A DNA stretch of 64,000 nucleotides, taken from assembly GCA_051362555.1 (NCBI GenBank), contig JBPQGU010000013.1, forward strand, positions 534,556 to 598,555. The letters are read 5' to 3'. The position numbers were made by a program, and so were the translations under genes. This DNA is from Lingula anatina. Taxonomy: Eukaryota > Animalia > Brachiopoda. Below, piece after piece: positions 27,031-39,033 of the stretch. The notes beneath the pieces are model-generated. The model had not been told where the DNA came from, did no database searches, and was given only the letters and a program-made list of their open reading frames with translations. Within the stretch, counting starts at the first letter, position 1. Every line of letters starts with the position of its first letter.

Positions 27031-27278
27031 TCATTGGTAGGCCTCGATCCTAGCTACAGCTTTTCAAATTTACATGGCCTATTTTAAATATAATATCGTT
27101 GAATTACAATGACAGTTATGTATGAAAATTGTATAACGACGAGGGGGAGTATCGGTGCGCGTACAACAGTAATTTATGAATACATTTTACAGTATTATGG
27201 AATATACATGAATATTAGCGCCCGTGGTCTTATTGATCAATTAATGTGTGAATGAATAAGTCAAATCCACATGTATAT

Positions 27279-27552
27279 CTGGGGCGGATCCAGGATTTTT
27301 TGGAAGGGTGGTGGTGTTTTTTTTACGGATTGACAAGGCCTCGGAGTGCAAGGCCGACCCTCACCCCTTTGGAGTTATGTTTGGGGCACGCTCGAGGGCC
27401 ACGAAAAAGGGTGTTTTAGAGGGAAAATATCTCCATTTGATACGGTTTATAACTATTATTCAGCTATAGATTTTGGGTGTAATTTTTTTATCAGAAATCG
27501 AAGGGAGGAGGGGGTCTGGATCCCCCCTGACACCCCCTCTTTATCCGCCATG
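27279..27552. mobile_element. MITE, GGGGCGGATCCAGGA-type
   Basis: ctggggcggatccaggattttt…ggggtctggatcccccctgacaccccc…atccgccatg; flanks tatat / tacat. Confidence 0.7.
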
Positions 27553-29212
27553 TACATGTATTAGACCGTGAACATTCGTGAACAGTTTCAACCACAGTCC
27601 CTCGCCTGAAATGAGCCATGCCTGTCTGTAATTTGCATAACAATTACTTGCTCATCGTAGTGAGAGCTGTATTTCCGAATGCTCAGTAGGCAGTAGGACA
27701 CAGCTAGGTGAAGACGCAATGTTCAACGTGCGGGTGCAGTCGCAACGCAGTCGTATGAGGCGTAGAAGCAAATGCATGTTTCGTAAGTAGCACTTTTTCT
27801 TCAGTATCGTATGTCAGTTGATAGAAAGAGAGTAGAAAAATGCAAAGAAATTTGCGACGAGTATTTACGGGTATGTTACTACTCTTTGTTGTCGTTGTCG
27901 CCTGTCGTTTCTGTTATGCCACTCAAAATATTATTTAGCAAATTAGTAAATGGGCATATTACCACAAAGATCACGGACATATTTACATGATGGTACCGTA
28001 CTTGTCACAGTTCCGAGCTTTTGATCCTAAGACAATGAAGGATAGTCAGTTTTAGTAGGTTTGTTAATTTCATTATACATGTACCTGTAAAATGCTTGTA
28101 AGCAGTGTTGAAACACGGGGAAATGATTTATTCTAAAGCGAAATATGGTTCCCAAACGCGTGATGCAAAGCGATTTTAGATATTACAACTTTATATAGTA
28201 GGTAAAATAAATAAATAGTGATAACCTACACAAACTAGAGGAGTGTTTTCAATATTTTTTTTTTTCAAAGCAAGATATCTGAAATATCTTTATTACTAAC
28301 TTCAGGTCTTAAATGTGGCGTTAGGCAACATAGAATCGATTGCTTTTTTGGGGTGCTATCTGAGCCTGAACTATGGACAAGTCAGATATTGTTAACATTA
28401 CCTTCTTATTTCAGAAGTCCACTGAGATACTGAGAACTGCACGGCACCTGGCTGCTAGCAACCAAGCCTGTCATTCACCCTCTGGAACCCTACGCACATC
28501 CATGCATCTTTTGTTTTAAAATTGAATAAATACGTTTGTCATTCCTTGTGTTCTTATTCACTTCCATATGAAATGATGATAAAATATTAATAATAATAAT
28601 AATAATAATAGAGGGTTAGGGGTAAAATTGTAAAGATATTATTGTTTGAGCACTTTCAAATTAAATCTGCTAAAACTGATCTGTAAGCATTGTGTTTGGG
28701 ATTGATGATTTCTCCAGTAACAGAGGATGTCGTAAATCGAAAGGATTAAAAGTTTTGTTAATATGCCCAGTATTTTGTAAATAATTGAGAGCATTTTAAG
28801 AATACATCTACAGGATTTCCAACAGCCCACATTTATAAATACAATTTGTATGAATTTACGATATTGCTTTTTTAAAAATCTGTCCTACATTTTTTATAGT
28901 GAGACGGGTTTTTTAATATCTATTTATAAATTAGTTCATCCTCCCAGATAAAATTTTCTTAATTTAATATAAGTCCATATTCTAAGGGTTTTGGTTTGCT
29001 AGAGAAAATTGTTTCAAATTTCACGACCTTCTCATCAAACGAACGCTTCAATTTTAAATTAAAACGGAAATATAAGAGATCTTGACACACTTTTGAAATG
29101 GGAACAATGAAATTTGCTCCTCCACCCAAAACTTAGAACTGCATATTCTGATATGTTTGAAAATGTCTCATTTAAATCATAATTAAAATAAATTGATCCT
29201 TTTATATAAAGA

Positions 29213-29772
29213 AATGGACTCGCCCCACCTGTCACCCCTCAAATCGAATGGACTTGTCCCACCTGTCACCCCTCAGATGAAATGGACTCGCCCCACCTGT
29301 CACCCCTCAAATCGAATGGACTCGCCCCACCTGTCACCCCTCAAATCGAATGGACTCGCCCCACCTGTCACCCCTCAAATCGAATGGACTCGCCCCACCT
29401 GTCACCCCTCAAATCGAATGGACTCGCCCCACCTGTCACCCCTCAAATCGAATGGACTCGTCCCACCTGTCACCCCTCAGATGGAATGGACTCGCCCCAC
29501 CTGTCACCCCTCAGATGGAATGGACTCGCCCCACCTGTCACCCCTCAGATGAAATGGACTCGCCCCACCTGTCACCCCTAAGATGAAATGGACTCGCCCC
29601 ACCTGTCACCCCTAAGATGAAATGGACTCGCCCCACCTGTCACCCCTCAGATGAAATGGACTCGCCCCACCTGTCACCCCTCAGATGAAATGGACTCGCC
29701 CCACCTGTCACCCCTAAGATGAAATGGACTCGCCCCACCTGTCACCCCTCAAATGGAATGGACTCGTCCCAC
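29213..29772. repeat. 34-bp minisatellite, ~16.5 copies
   Basis: Unit aatggactcgccccacctgtcacccct(caaatcg / cagatga / aagatga). Confidence 0.97.
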
Positions 29773-29793
29773 TTGAAAACTTTCAATGCAGGT

Positions 29794-32106
29794 CAGTGGT
29801 GGGTGGAAGGGTATCACGTGATTTTCGGGAGCCAATGAAATAAGCAGGAATTTTACACTCCGTTATAGGTAAACAAAATGGCACGTTCGACGCACCAGGA
29901 GGATTGTTTATTTAGGAGGCATGCACATAAATTTGGTGGGTATTTTAAAAGCATTTTACTATTTACAACGATCAGTACCATCTCAACTTAACTCATGTGA
30001 AGTGATTTTCAAGTGTTTGGTCTGTTTATGTTTTTATGACAATTTAAATTAGGCATAGCTTCATATGTAGTTTGACAATTGTAAACTGAAGTTTTCACAC
30101 CACAAGCCTTCTTTCAAATGAAATATCTCGAAAAGCACTGGGACGATTTTTTTCCAACTTTTCAGTAATGTTGCTCATTTATTTGTTGACAAAAAGTGCC
30201 GATGGCACCCGATGGCACCCCTGGATCTTTGGAGTTATAGACGGTATAATCCTTCATACCCAATTACGACCATTTTTGTAGGAATGCGTCTTTATAATGT
30301 TAAACTCCCTCATTAAAAAGCATATATCTGAAAAAGTAAACGGTAGATTTTTTCCAAATCTTAATCTGACGTTTTTCGTGTACCTTTTTACATAATATGT
30401 AGCCTGCAACTGACAGCACCCCTGGGTCTTGGGATATATAGACAATGCAGTGCCATGGCAAATTACGGCCATTTTTGTTTGAGTGAATTTTGGATCACGC
30501 AGACCCCGTCTTTCAAATCAAATATCTGAAAAAGCAATCGGACAATTATTTTCAAAATTGTCAGAAATGTTGCTTAGATATTGGTTAGCAAAAAGAGCCT
30601 ATGGCACCCAATGGCACCCCAGGATCTTGAGAATTATAGGCTGTATATAGTGCATGCCAAAGTACTGTTTTGGTTATCCCACGGCCAGCATTTATAACAA
30701 CAGCATAATTGCACTTGTATATCACTTACATGCTTGTCTGTATTTTAAAGCATAATGTGCAATCTGATCACTATACAAGCACATTCCTACAACTGTTGAA
30801 GGGCTAGTCATGGTATTAGTCAGTTACAACTACTTGTCATTCACTGTGTATGATGTACAAGAGCCTATTATATCTCAACTGTAGCTCCATATAATAGCAC
30901 TCTTTTATGCCACATACAGTAATTGGCTCAAGTACATATCAAATAAACATTTTTTTTTAAATACTGATGATAGTCTCATATCTTTTTCAGCATGGACTAC
31001 AATTTTTATTTTTGAAATGCTGTGCACTATAAAGGTGAGAAGTAATTCATCGGAATGCCATAGTTGTAAACTTGTGACTTATGTTTCCATTGCTCATCTA
31101 TTTCGTTAACATTGACAAAAACATGTTCTGTGTTTGTTTTGCCTAAACTTTCATTTTAATCTTACTATCATAAAAATTGAAATCATATTTAAGTATAATG
31201 GTAACAGGTTACCTAAAAAGTTGAAGCCTTATCCAGTTAAATAATAATAATATCAAATATAAAACATTTACTGCTTTTTAATTTCAGGGAATGGAAACAG
31301 CTTTTAACCTCATAATAGGATACCGCCTATGGATTGTAGCTGAAATTAGAGACTTGAGATAACAGGAATGATGTTTGTTATTTCCAAAATCTGTGCCTTC
31401 ATGGAGTGTGACATTGTAATAAACATGATTGCTTTTTAATTACTCAGTCATCAAATGTTAAATTAGTAGTTTGTCACAATATCAAATATTGTATTATCTG
31501 CATAGAGAATTCCCCTCATCTTTTGTAAGTTAAGTTTTGATTAATTAAGTAAAGTGAGTAGTAAGTCTCATGAACTTGGAGAAAATTAAATACTGCAGAT
31601 CTTGAAAAAACTTCGTTTATTGTGATTTCTGTCAGGTATGAGGATTTGTAAATGTTGATAATACATTACATTTTCTGTCTCTTATTATATGCATTTACCA
31701 TGATTTCTCACTCTGAGTAATGTTCGCATCTGGCAAACTAACTTGAAATTCAAGGCATATTTTATAGTTTTAAAAAAGTGATATTAAAATCTGACCAATA
31801 CGAATTTAAAGTAATCTGAATTCTATCAGGATTTCAGTCTTGCCTGTGCTATGTATGTATTTGTAGGTTGTCACCCTTTTAAATCATTTAAAAAGTATTA
31901 TTATATTATTTCAATATTTTGTGAATATTTAAATGAGTTATAAAATTTATAAGAAAAATGTAAGAAATAAAATATACTGTTAATTATGTTTTTATGAAAT
32001 ATGTGAAATAAAAAGTTTATAATCATATCAAAGTTCTTCCATTTGTTTATGATAATTTTGTCATTTTACATTTTCTTTGCCTTAAACTTTGGTCAAGCTT
32101 ACTTTC

Positions 32107-32139
<33 letters not shown>

Positions 32140-32697
32140 TTGTCACATGCCCTTTCTTATAGTTATCTGAATTATCAACTTGTCATAATTTACTATTTTA
32201 ATTTCTAGAGTTAATTATTATTCTTATTCAAACAAGAAATTATCAATTATACACAGAAAAATTAAAGTCAATAACAAATCAACACTGCCAGCAAATTTTA
32301 CTCTGCCCAAGCTACAGTCACTATATATAGGATAGTAGGCCTACACACTGACAGAGATGTGATACCTATGCCACGGTGACATTTTACAACTCTACTCGTC
32401 GGTTTGTTGATCATAAATTGCACATTTTTTCAAGTGTTTCATTATTAGTTTGTAGCATCCATATTTATATTTATATACATTTATACATAATGAAACAAAG
32501 TCGGCGTAACGTTACGCAAATGCCCCAATAAACAATGCATCGCACACAGTTGCGCCAACGCTTTACTGGACGAAGACGCAGGAAGACGTCGCCGGGAGCT
32601 CACTTTCGATGTTCACTCTTCGACGGCAAAACGTCAAATGACTGACGTGCGTGCGCATCTTTTGACGTATCACGTGATACCCTTCCAACCACCACTG
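29794..32697. mobile_element. 2904-bp non-autonomous DNA transposon with 29-bp TIRs and 9-bp TSD
   Basis: Left end cagtggtgggtggaagggtatcacgtgat; right end atcacgtgatacccttccaaccaccactg (28/29 match). AATGCAGGT is repeated at 29785-29793 and 32698-32706. AT-rich interior with no transposase ORF. Confidence 0.92.
30110..30640. repeat. Three diverged ~200-bp tandem units inside the TIR element
   Basis: atatct(c/g)(g/a)aaa…ttttt(c)caa…gcacccc(t/a)gg(a/g)tctt…tatag recurs at ~30122, ~30324 and ~30522. Confidence 0.75.
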
Positions 32698-33500
32698 AAT
32701 GCAGGTCGTCTTCTTACAGGGTCTAGCTATCCAGTGACCAACCAGGAGCATAGCTTGCACTGCGATGCGCGACTTTTTCTTATGCAAATTACAACTGGTA
32801 CAGTGCATGGCACATTTGAGGAGTTGCTGTGGAAATTGGTCTCAAAGAACGGCGAAATTATGGAAATTATTTTACTATTGTGACAAGGCTATTACCCGCG
32901 TAGACCTATTTGTCACCATACATAATATTTTTCTAGGACAACTAGTTTATATTAAATCAAAAACTAAAAATAGCAATGAAGATAGGTATAACAAGTAAAT
33001 GATGATGCTCATACATTCGGGGAGTAGCTTTGCGTAGGATGAAAAATATTGTATTGTACGCCCCCCTGGCTGTCGATTGTAAGTAATAGACATAAACTGG
33101 CCCGCTCGAAGATTCTGCGGGTCCGTGGTCAAAGTTAAATAAAAATAACCATGATTAAGGGAAGTTATTGAAGCTATCAATTTAAGATTTTAGAGATACT
33201 AATAAATTTACCTTTTTTAACACTGGTCGTATTCACAAAAGATCGTAAACATTACAGAGAGAAGGAAAAGTACCCAAGAGAAGGGAGGTGGGGGGGTGTG
33301 TGTGTGAAGGAGCGCAATGTGAAACAAATTAATATTATGTTCTTATTTATCTATTCAATTTCATAAATAATTTGTAAACTCTTCACTCTTGATTCAAATA
33401 AATAAAAAGCAACAATTAAAACTTGTAGTACTTGCCACAGAAGCCAAACTGAAGTAAAACATTTGAAATAGCATAAAAAGAGGAAGACAAGTAAAAAAAA

Positions 33501-34140
33501 TTAAATTCTCAAATTTTTAGAAACTAATAATCTTTCTTCGACAGTATCCTTAACATAACCGTCTTTTGTGTTTTCAGATCGCCATCTACCGTGTTTCTTA
33601 AACAGTCTGTCTTTAGTCCCTGCATTAGAATCCAGCATATGAAATCAAACAAACGGAAAGTACTCGGAGATCCTTCAAAGTGACTTCAGAACTCATAAAA
33701 TTAGTAACCAATTTAGAAATGTGCTTAGCAGTTACAGGTTCCTTTTTTGTTACTCTATGATCTTTCCGTCTCTGAGATGCTTCCTTCACTGCAATAACGA
33801 ATTTTGACTCGCAATTTCGGATTTTTCTTACAGTTGGCTGTACCATGAAACCATTTTAAAGTGTAAAAAGATGTCTAAACCGCAGCAGAATAATTACAAG
33901 TTTGTGACAAATTTTGAAGATAAAAAGCAACAATCGAGTCTTTCGCTGTAAAGAAAGAGGTCACACCGATCGTATTACACCGTTCAAGCCATTTTTGGAA
34001 GCCGTAAGAATATTTTCTCACTGTGTTGTCTGCTCTTGACTTCAAAATGACATCTGGTAATGAATCTGCTAAAGCCTTCAAACTTTTATTGCTTGTAACC
34101 TTCACGTCTTGGAGGATAGCATTATCAAGAAAACATGAAA
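33501..34140 (-). pseudogene. Tyrosine recombinase remnant with the catalytic core deleted
   Basis: N-terminal part LADSLPDVILKSRADNTVRKY…KKEPVT…CLISYAGF is joined at ~33626 directly to the C-terminal NAGTKDRLFKKHGRWRSENTKDGYVKD…VSKNLRI*. Confidence 0.88.
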
Positions 34141-34334
34141 AAGGAAAAAAAGAAAATTTTTGAAAACAAAACTCTAGCAATCGTTCCCATAATCTCTGTT
34201 CATTCTGGACAATAATCATGTCCATGTTAACTGTCATTGATCAATGATTGTGATCCTAATGGCCATTTCTTCCATTCCTTCCTTCAATGTTGCAGAACTC
34301 CATTACAGCATGTTGTATCGATAACCCATTGGTA

Positions 34335-34490
34335 ACTAGAGCGCAGACCTCCGCCAAGGCAGCGATTTTTTATTATTATTGATTTTTGATTGATTATTGA
34401 TCCGGATCACCACCAAAAAATAATCATCTCTTCCTTGGCCCACTTCGTGCAGTTCCTGAAAAATTCATCAAAATCGGTCTAAGAAATACA
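34335..34490. mobile_element. Short non-autonomous repeat fragment nested in the DIRS remnant (family uncertain; Helentron/HINE- or Crypton-like)
   Basis: aactagagcgcagacctccgccaagg…gatccggatcaccaccaaaa…aaattcatcaaaatcggt are motifs I recall from aquatic-animal non-autonomous repeats. Confidence 0.4.
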
Positions 34491-35399
34491 TAAACAAAGC
34501 CATCTCCATTATATCAATGATCCAGTGATCGTCTGTTTATCTCTCCTTCGAAGAAAGTGAGTTTTAAATTCTATAAACAGATGACCAATTATTCATCTAC
34601 TTTAAATCCCTTTAAATATGAAAAACTTATTCGTATTTAAAACAAATGGTCCCAAACCGGGTTTTCTGGCATCTGAATAGACCGTTTTTAACTTACTAGG
34701 CAAGCTTTGTACACGTAGACTTTTCTCATTTAAAAAAAAAAAAAGAAAACTAAATTGTCTTTCCAAAAATTAATTCTTTAATGCAAGACATTCGTCTTTA
34801 ATATTAATATTAAAATCCCAATGCTTCCTCTAGTTATTTATCTAGATACATTTCCAATCAATGGAGACATAATAATAAAACAGAAATAATTTTACCTGTA
34901 ACCCTGGCCAATTTTATAGCTGTTATATACGGTAAATCTGAAACCAATTCGTCTAAAAGACACAGAGCATTACTAGTACATGTAGAAAGCCTTCTTTCGG
35001 GAATAAACAATCCCCTTACTTCCATGTCCCAAATAATCCCCAACCATTCCAATTTGTTGACTGGTTCTAATTTACTTTTTTCAGCGTTTAAAACAAAATC
35101 TGCTTTAAACAGATCCATTTTAATTTTTTAGAATGTAGTTTTAAATGTAATATATTTTTCTAGGGAATTTTCAGACACAATACCGTCATCTAAATAAACA
35201 ACAATGGGGATTCCATTTTTCTCCAATACCCAACTAAACGTCTAAGTATTTTAGTAAAAATAAACGGTGCTGAAGAAAGGCCAAACGAAAGTACCAAAAA
35301 AAAAAAAAAAAAAAAAAGAATTCTTTCCGTTGATTTAAAAAAGTTTGAGATGCCGGAGCAATATCTAAATGGTGAATAAATAAATAAACACAACACTTA

Positions 35400-36120
35400 A
35401 CTGCAGAATTATCTCAACAAATATTATCTGTGGTCTTGCTCACATTCCCAAAAGTGAGAGTGTAATATGCCTTTGGTCCATGCAACCAGATCTCTTGTCC
35501 TCCTTGTCTGTTCAGCCTAAAATATAAAATTGCAAGACAGCTATTTAATTCTTAATGCATAACTCTATTAAAAAGGAAAATGTCCATGATGGAAAAAAAC
35601 TCATTTATTTTTTCTACCTGAAGATATGGAAAATGGTGCAATAGTTTGTGTTGTTCTCATGCATATCTACTCACAGTGATTTTTGCCCCATGCCAAATGT
35701 CCCACGAATGTTTTATCCCGATTCATTTTTTTTTTCTGAAATAAGAAAAATTTAGCTAAATATATAGAGAGATATAACAAAAAAATAGCAAGAATTGCAA
35801 CTAAATAATCACATACATGTAGATACATTTCACATACTAAATTTGCTTTCTAATTATTATAGTAAGACCTAAACAGCACTTTGTACTTAAGTGTGCAACA
35901 AGGGCATCTTTGACCACTTCTGTTGCACTGATTCCTTTTTTTTTTTTTTCAGGAAATCCATAGCCCTGACAAACCCTTCCTTCTCCATTACAGAGCTACT
36001 CAGCTTGGTTTCTTTCTTCCTTACAACTTCTGCTTCCAACACATCCCCTGTTTCATAGTCAACAATAATGCTCGCGCAATATTGTGCACTATGTTCTGGG
36101 CTGTCCATTCTGCCATCAAC
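35400..36120 (-). pseudogene. Intron-containing Kolobok-like DDE transposase remnant
   Basis: Exon-like pieces in order: DGRMDSPEHSAQY…MEKEGFVRAMDFL…EVVKDA (36120-35887), IKHSWDIWHGAK (~35690), RDLVAW…HFWEC (~35520-35440). AT-rich gt…ag spacers lie between them; frameshifted. Confidence 0.65.
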
Positions 36121-36333
36121 TATGAATAAATGGGATATATCGAAACACGGACATCATAAATATGTGGTGCGACAATTCCTAAAACAACACTTGGTGGGAT
36201 TTAGGACACATTCCTATAGACACCACAGGTCTACATTGATCGACCAGACTTGGCATGGATTTTCACTGCTATCAGCTGAATAGGTAACCCCCCCCCCCCC
36301 TCTAAGAAATAAAATTGTTCATGTTCCTTTTGT

Positions 36334-36335
<2 letters not shown>

Positions 36336-36405
<70 letters not shown>
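36336..36405. repeat. (AT)35 microsatellite
   Basis: Perfect dinucleotide run. Confidence 0.98.
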
Positions 36406-36407
<2 letters not shown>

Positions 36408-36418
36408 CCAAAGGAATA

Positions 36419-36830
36419 GGCCAATTTTATAGCTGTTATATACGGTAAATCTGAAACCAATTCGTCTAAAAGACACAGAGCATTACTAGTACATGTAGAA
36501 AGCCTTCTTTCGGGAATAAACAATCCCCTTACTTCCATGTCCCAAATAATCCCCAACCATTCCAATTTGTTGACTGGTTCTAATTTACTTTTTTCAGCGT
36601 TTAAAACAAAATCTGCTTTAAACAGATCCATTTTAATTTTTTAGAATGTAGTTTTAAATGTAATATATTTTTCTAGGGAATTTTCAGACACAATACCGTC
36701 ATCTAAATAAACAACAATGGGGATTCCATTTTTCTCCAATACCCAACTAAACGTCTAAGTATTTTAGTAAAAATAAACGGTGCTGAAGAAAGGCCAAACG
36801 AAAGTACCAAAAAAAAAAAAAAAAAAAAAA
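36419..36830 (-). repeat. Direct duplicate of 34906-35317 (DIRS RT fragment plus poly-A)
   Basis: Sequence from ggccaattttatagctg to gaaagtacc+poly-A looks identical at offset 1513; the ORF translations match. Confidence 0.95.
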
Positions 36831-37592
36831 GAGGGTAATAAGTCATACTCAAATTATATTTTAGGATGCCAACCCATGTTATTTTCATCTTATTCCTTCT
36901 CAAAGTGTGTCTTGCCGTTAAATGTAAAGCTCTATGTTATTTAATGAAAGACAATATAAGTTCCATCTGTTTAGAGATGTATGTCGGTCTGCTTTATAGC
37001 AATTAAGTCCCTGCTGTGGTTTAGGCCTACTGGTCACAACCAGAACATCAGAACCACTGCTTCCATCCACCGCTTCTACTTGTGGACATGGGTACACTTG
37101 ATATAGAAACAAAACACGCATTTAGTTAAAATTTTAGATTAATCCATTTAATCCATAAAGTTTAAATAACACATTTGCAATAAAGTTTTTGATTAAGTTT
37201 TTTATCAAAATTAAAATAGATTATTGTAATAATGTTATTAAAGTATGTGCCCTTTTTCAAATGCAAAGAATGCAAAGCAACCCTTATATATACATGTACC
37301 TGTATATAAATATGTTTGATAAGATCTCTTGGAGATATTTAAGCACATTTAAAAGACACTCACTCAGAAACAGAGTTTTCAATATCGCTTAATTTGGGAT
37401 CAGGAATGGACTTAGCAGTGGTCCTCACCCTCGCCTGAACAAAGAAGCTCAAACAAATCAAGAACAAATCAATATCCGAATAACGACGGTGATATGGCCC
37501 TGCTGGCGCATATTAATTTCGTGATCTGTAAACACAGGGAATCAGCAGTTGTAAACATTCTCTTATAGTATATTTTGAACAAGCTGTCTGTA

Positions 37593-37668
37593 CAGGGAGG
37601 GGGGGGGGGGGGCGGGGTCGGCCCGCCCCCTTAAAATATTCCTGGATCCGCCCCTGGATCCGCCACAT
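37593..37668 (-). mobile_element. Truncated CAGGGGCGGATCCAGG-type MITE end with doubled terminus
   Basis: cctggatccgcccctggatccgcca is the reverse complement of the MITE left end, partly duplicated. Confidence 0.6.
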
Positions 37669-39033
37669 GGTACCTATCTGTATCTTAAAAAAAAAAAAAA
37701 AAAAATGCTGGTATATGATAGACGGGAAGAGGGAGCGCATGGGAAATGACGGTGTAGGCCGGATCTAAAGCCTTCCACAGTTTCAGCAGTAACTTGTTGG
37801 TCACTTCGTTCATTCCACTCGGTGACTGTTCTGGTAAAGAAAGAGTTTCAAACTGGTGTGTCGCAGTGTGATTCTTGCACTTAAAGTTTGTTTTAAATCC
37901 TAATATTAGCACATAAATGTAATTTATTCTAAAATGTGAGGCCTAATTATAAGGAGCTACGGGCAAATTTCTTCAACAATCAGTTTCTTTTTCAAACTGA
38001 TTGTTTGACACATCATGATAACAACGGAAACCACCAAACTTCAATTAAGATAATTAATTGTATTTATGTAGCAAATGGGTTGTTTTAGTGGTGGTATTAA
38101 CTTTTTGGTAATACATCAACGTTTTGTTTATAGGAAATTAGTCTGGTTAGTTAGTAGTAGGTAGTAGGATGGTAGTTTGGGTCTTGTGTCTGCACATTTT
38201 TACCTTAAGTAGTTGACCAAGGCAAGGTGATAACAGATGTCCCGGGTTAAGGAATTTCTTAGCTGCTGTGTATCTAGGCACACACATTTGCACCCCCACC
38301 TTTAATAATTATATATTTCTTTTTAGTTACCCGCACGAAAATGCAGTAGTATCGAAGTAGCAAAGCGGCGGGAGCATATTTGCAGAATAGCCTACTGCAA
38401 TTCTACTCCAAAAAGTACATAGGTTTGTACAGAGAGGAGCATAAATGCATAATTTTTTTAATTCCCATGACAAAACACCCCGGTGACTCCCTTCGCCACA
38501 TAAGTTTTCATGTAATTATTAAACAGAGCAAAAAATCTCCCTATTTCTGTAGAATTATAAATTTTATGAAAGATGTTTTTGGGACTAATTCTATTGAGCT
38601 GCATTCAGTGAGAAGTCATTCAGCTTTGTAGCTGCGGAGATATTGACGGCCGCACTAAAAATTCCTGCAAAACTGCATGAACAGAATATTTTGGTGAAAC
38701 ATTTCCTATTCTCATAGACAGCAGACTCACTGACGTAACTCCCAATGCCACAAAAAGTTACTTTTCATACCGGCAGTACTGTAATTGAACATGTGCATTC
38801 TCTTGTTTGTAAACAAACCACTGCACTGCTCACAGTTGTAAGCTCCCTCCGCCAGATGTCCGAAACTGTACAGCACTGAGCCAGGTCTCGCCAAAAATAA
38901 GAAGCAATTTAGGCCCAAACCTGCTACTTGACACCAAATTAACCACTAGCAACACACAAAAAAGGCAGGAAAAAAACTGGAAACAATCACTAATTTTTCA
39001 AGCAGAACTTCATTCTTCTATAACAGTCCGTGA

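Larger units (their letters stand above)
33501..35296 (-). mobile_element. Second degenerate, 5'-truncated DIRS-order retrotransposon
   Basis: RT fragments (LVLSFGLSSAPFIFTKILR, DDG, LEWLGIIWD, LARVTGKIIS) are followed by YR fragments. Internal deletions and an insertion are present. Confidence 0.88.

Noticed and set aside
27600-28560. Possible spliced gene or KolX fragment with a poly-A signal
   Set aside because: Only isolated splice-like sites and a very short peptide resemblance; no supportable reading frame.
29226-29234. Shared 9-mer cacctgtca between the minisatellite and the satellite reverse strand
   Set aside because: Too short to imply common origin or function.
29193-29586. Pro-rich ORFs in three frames
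   Set aside because: They are translations of the 34-bp minisatellite.
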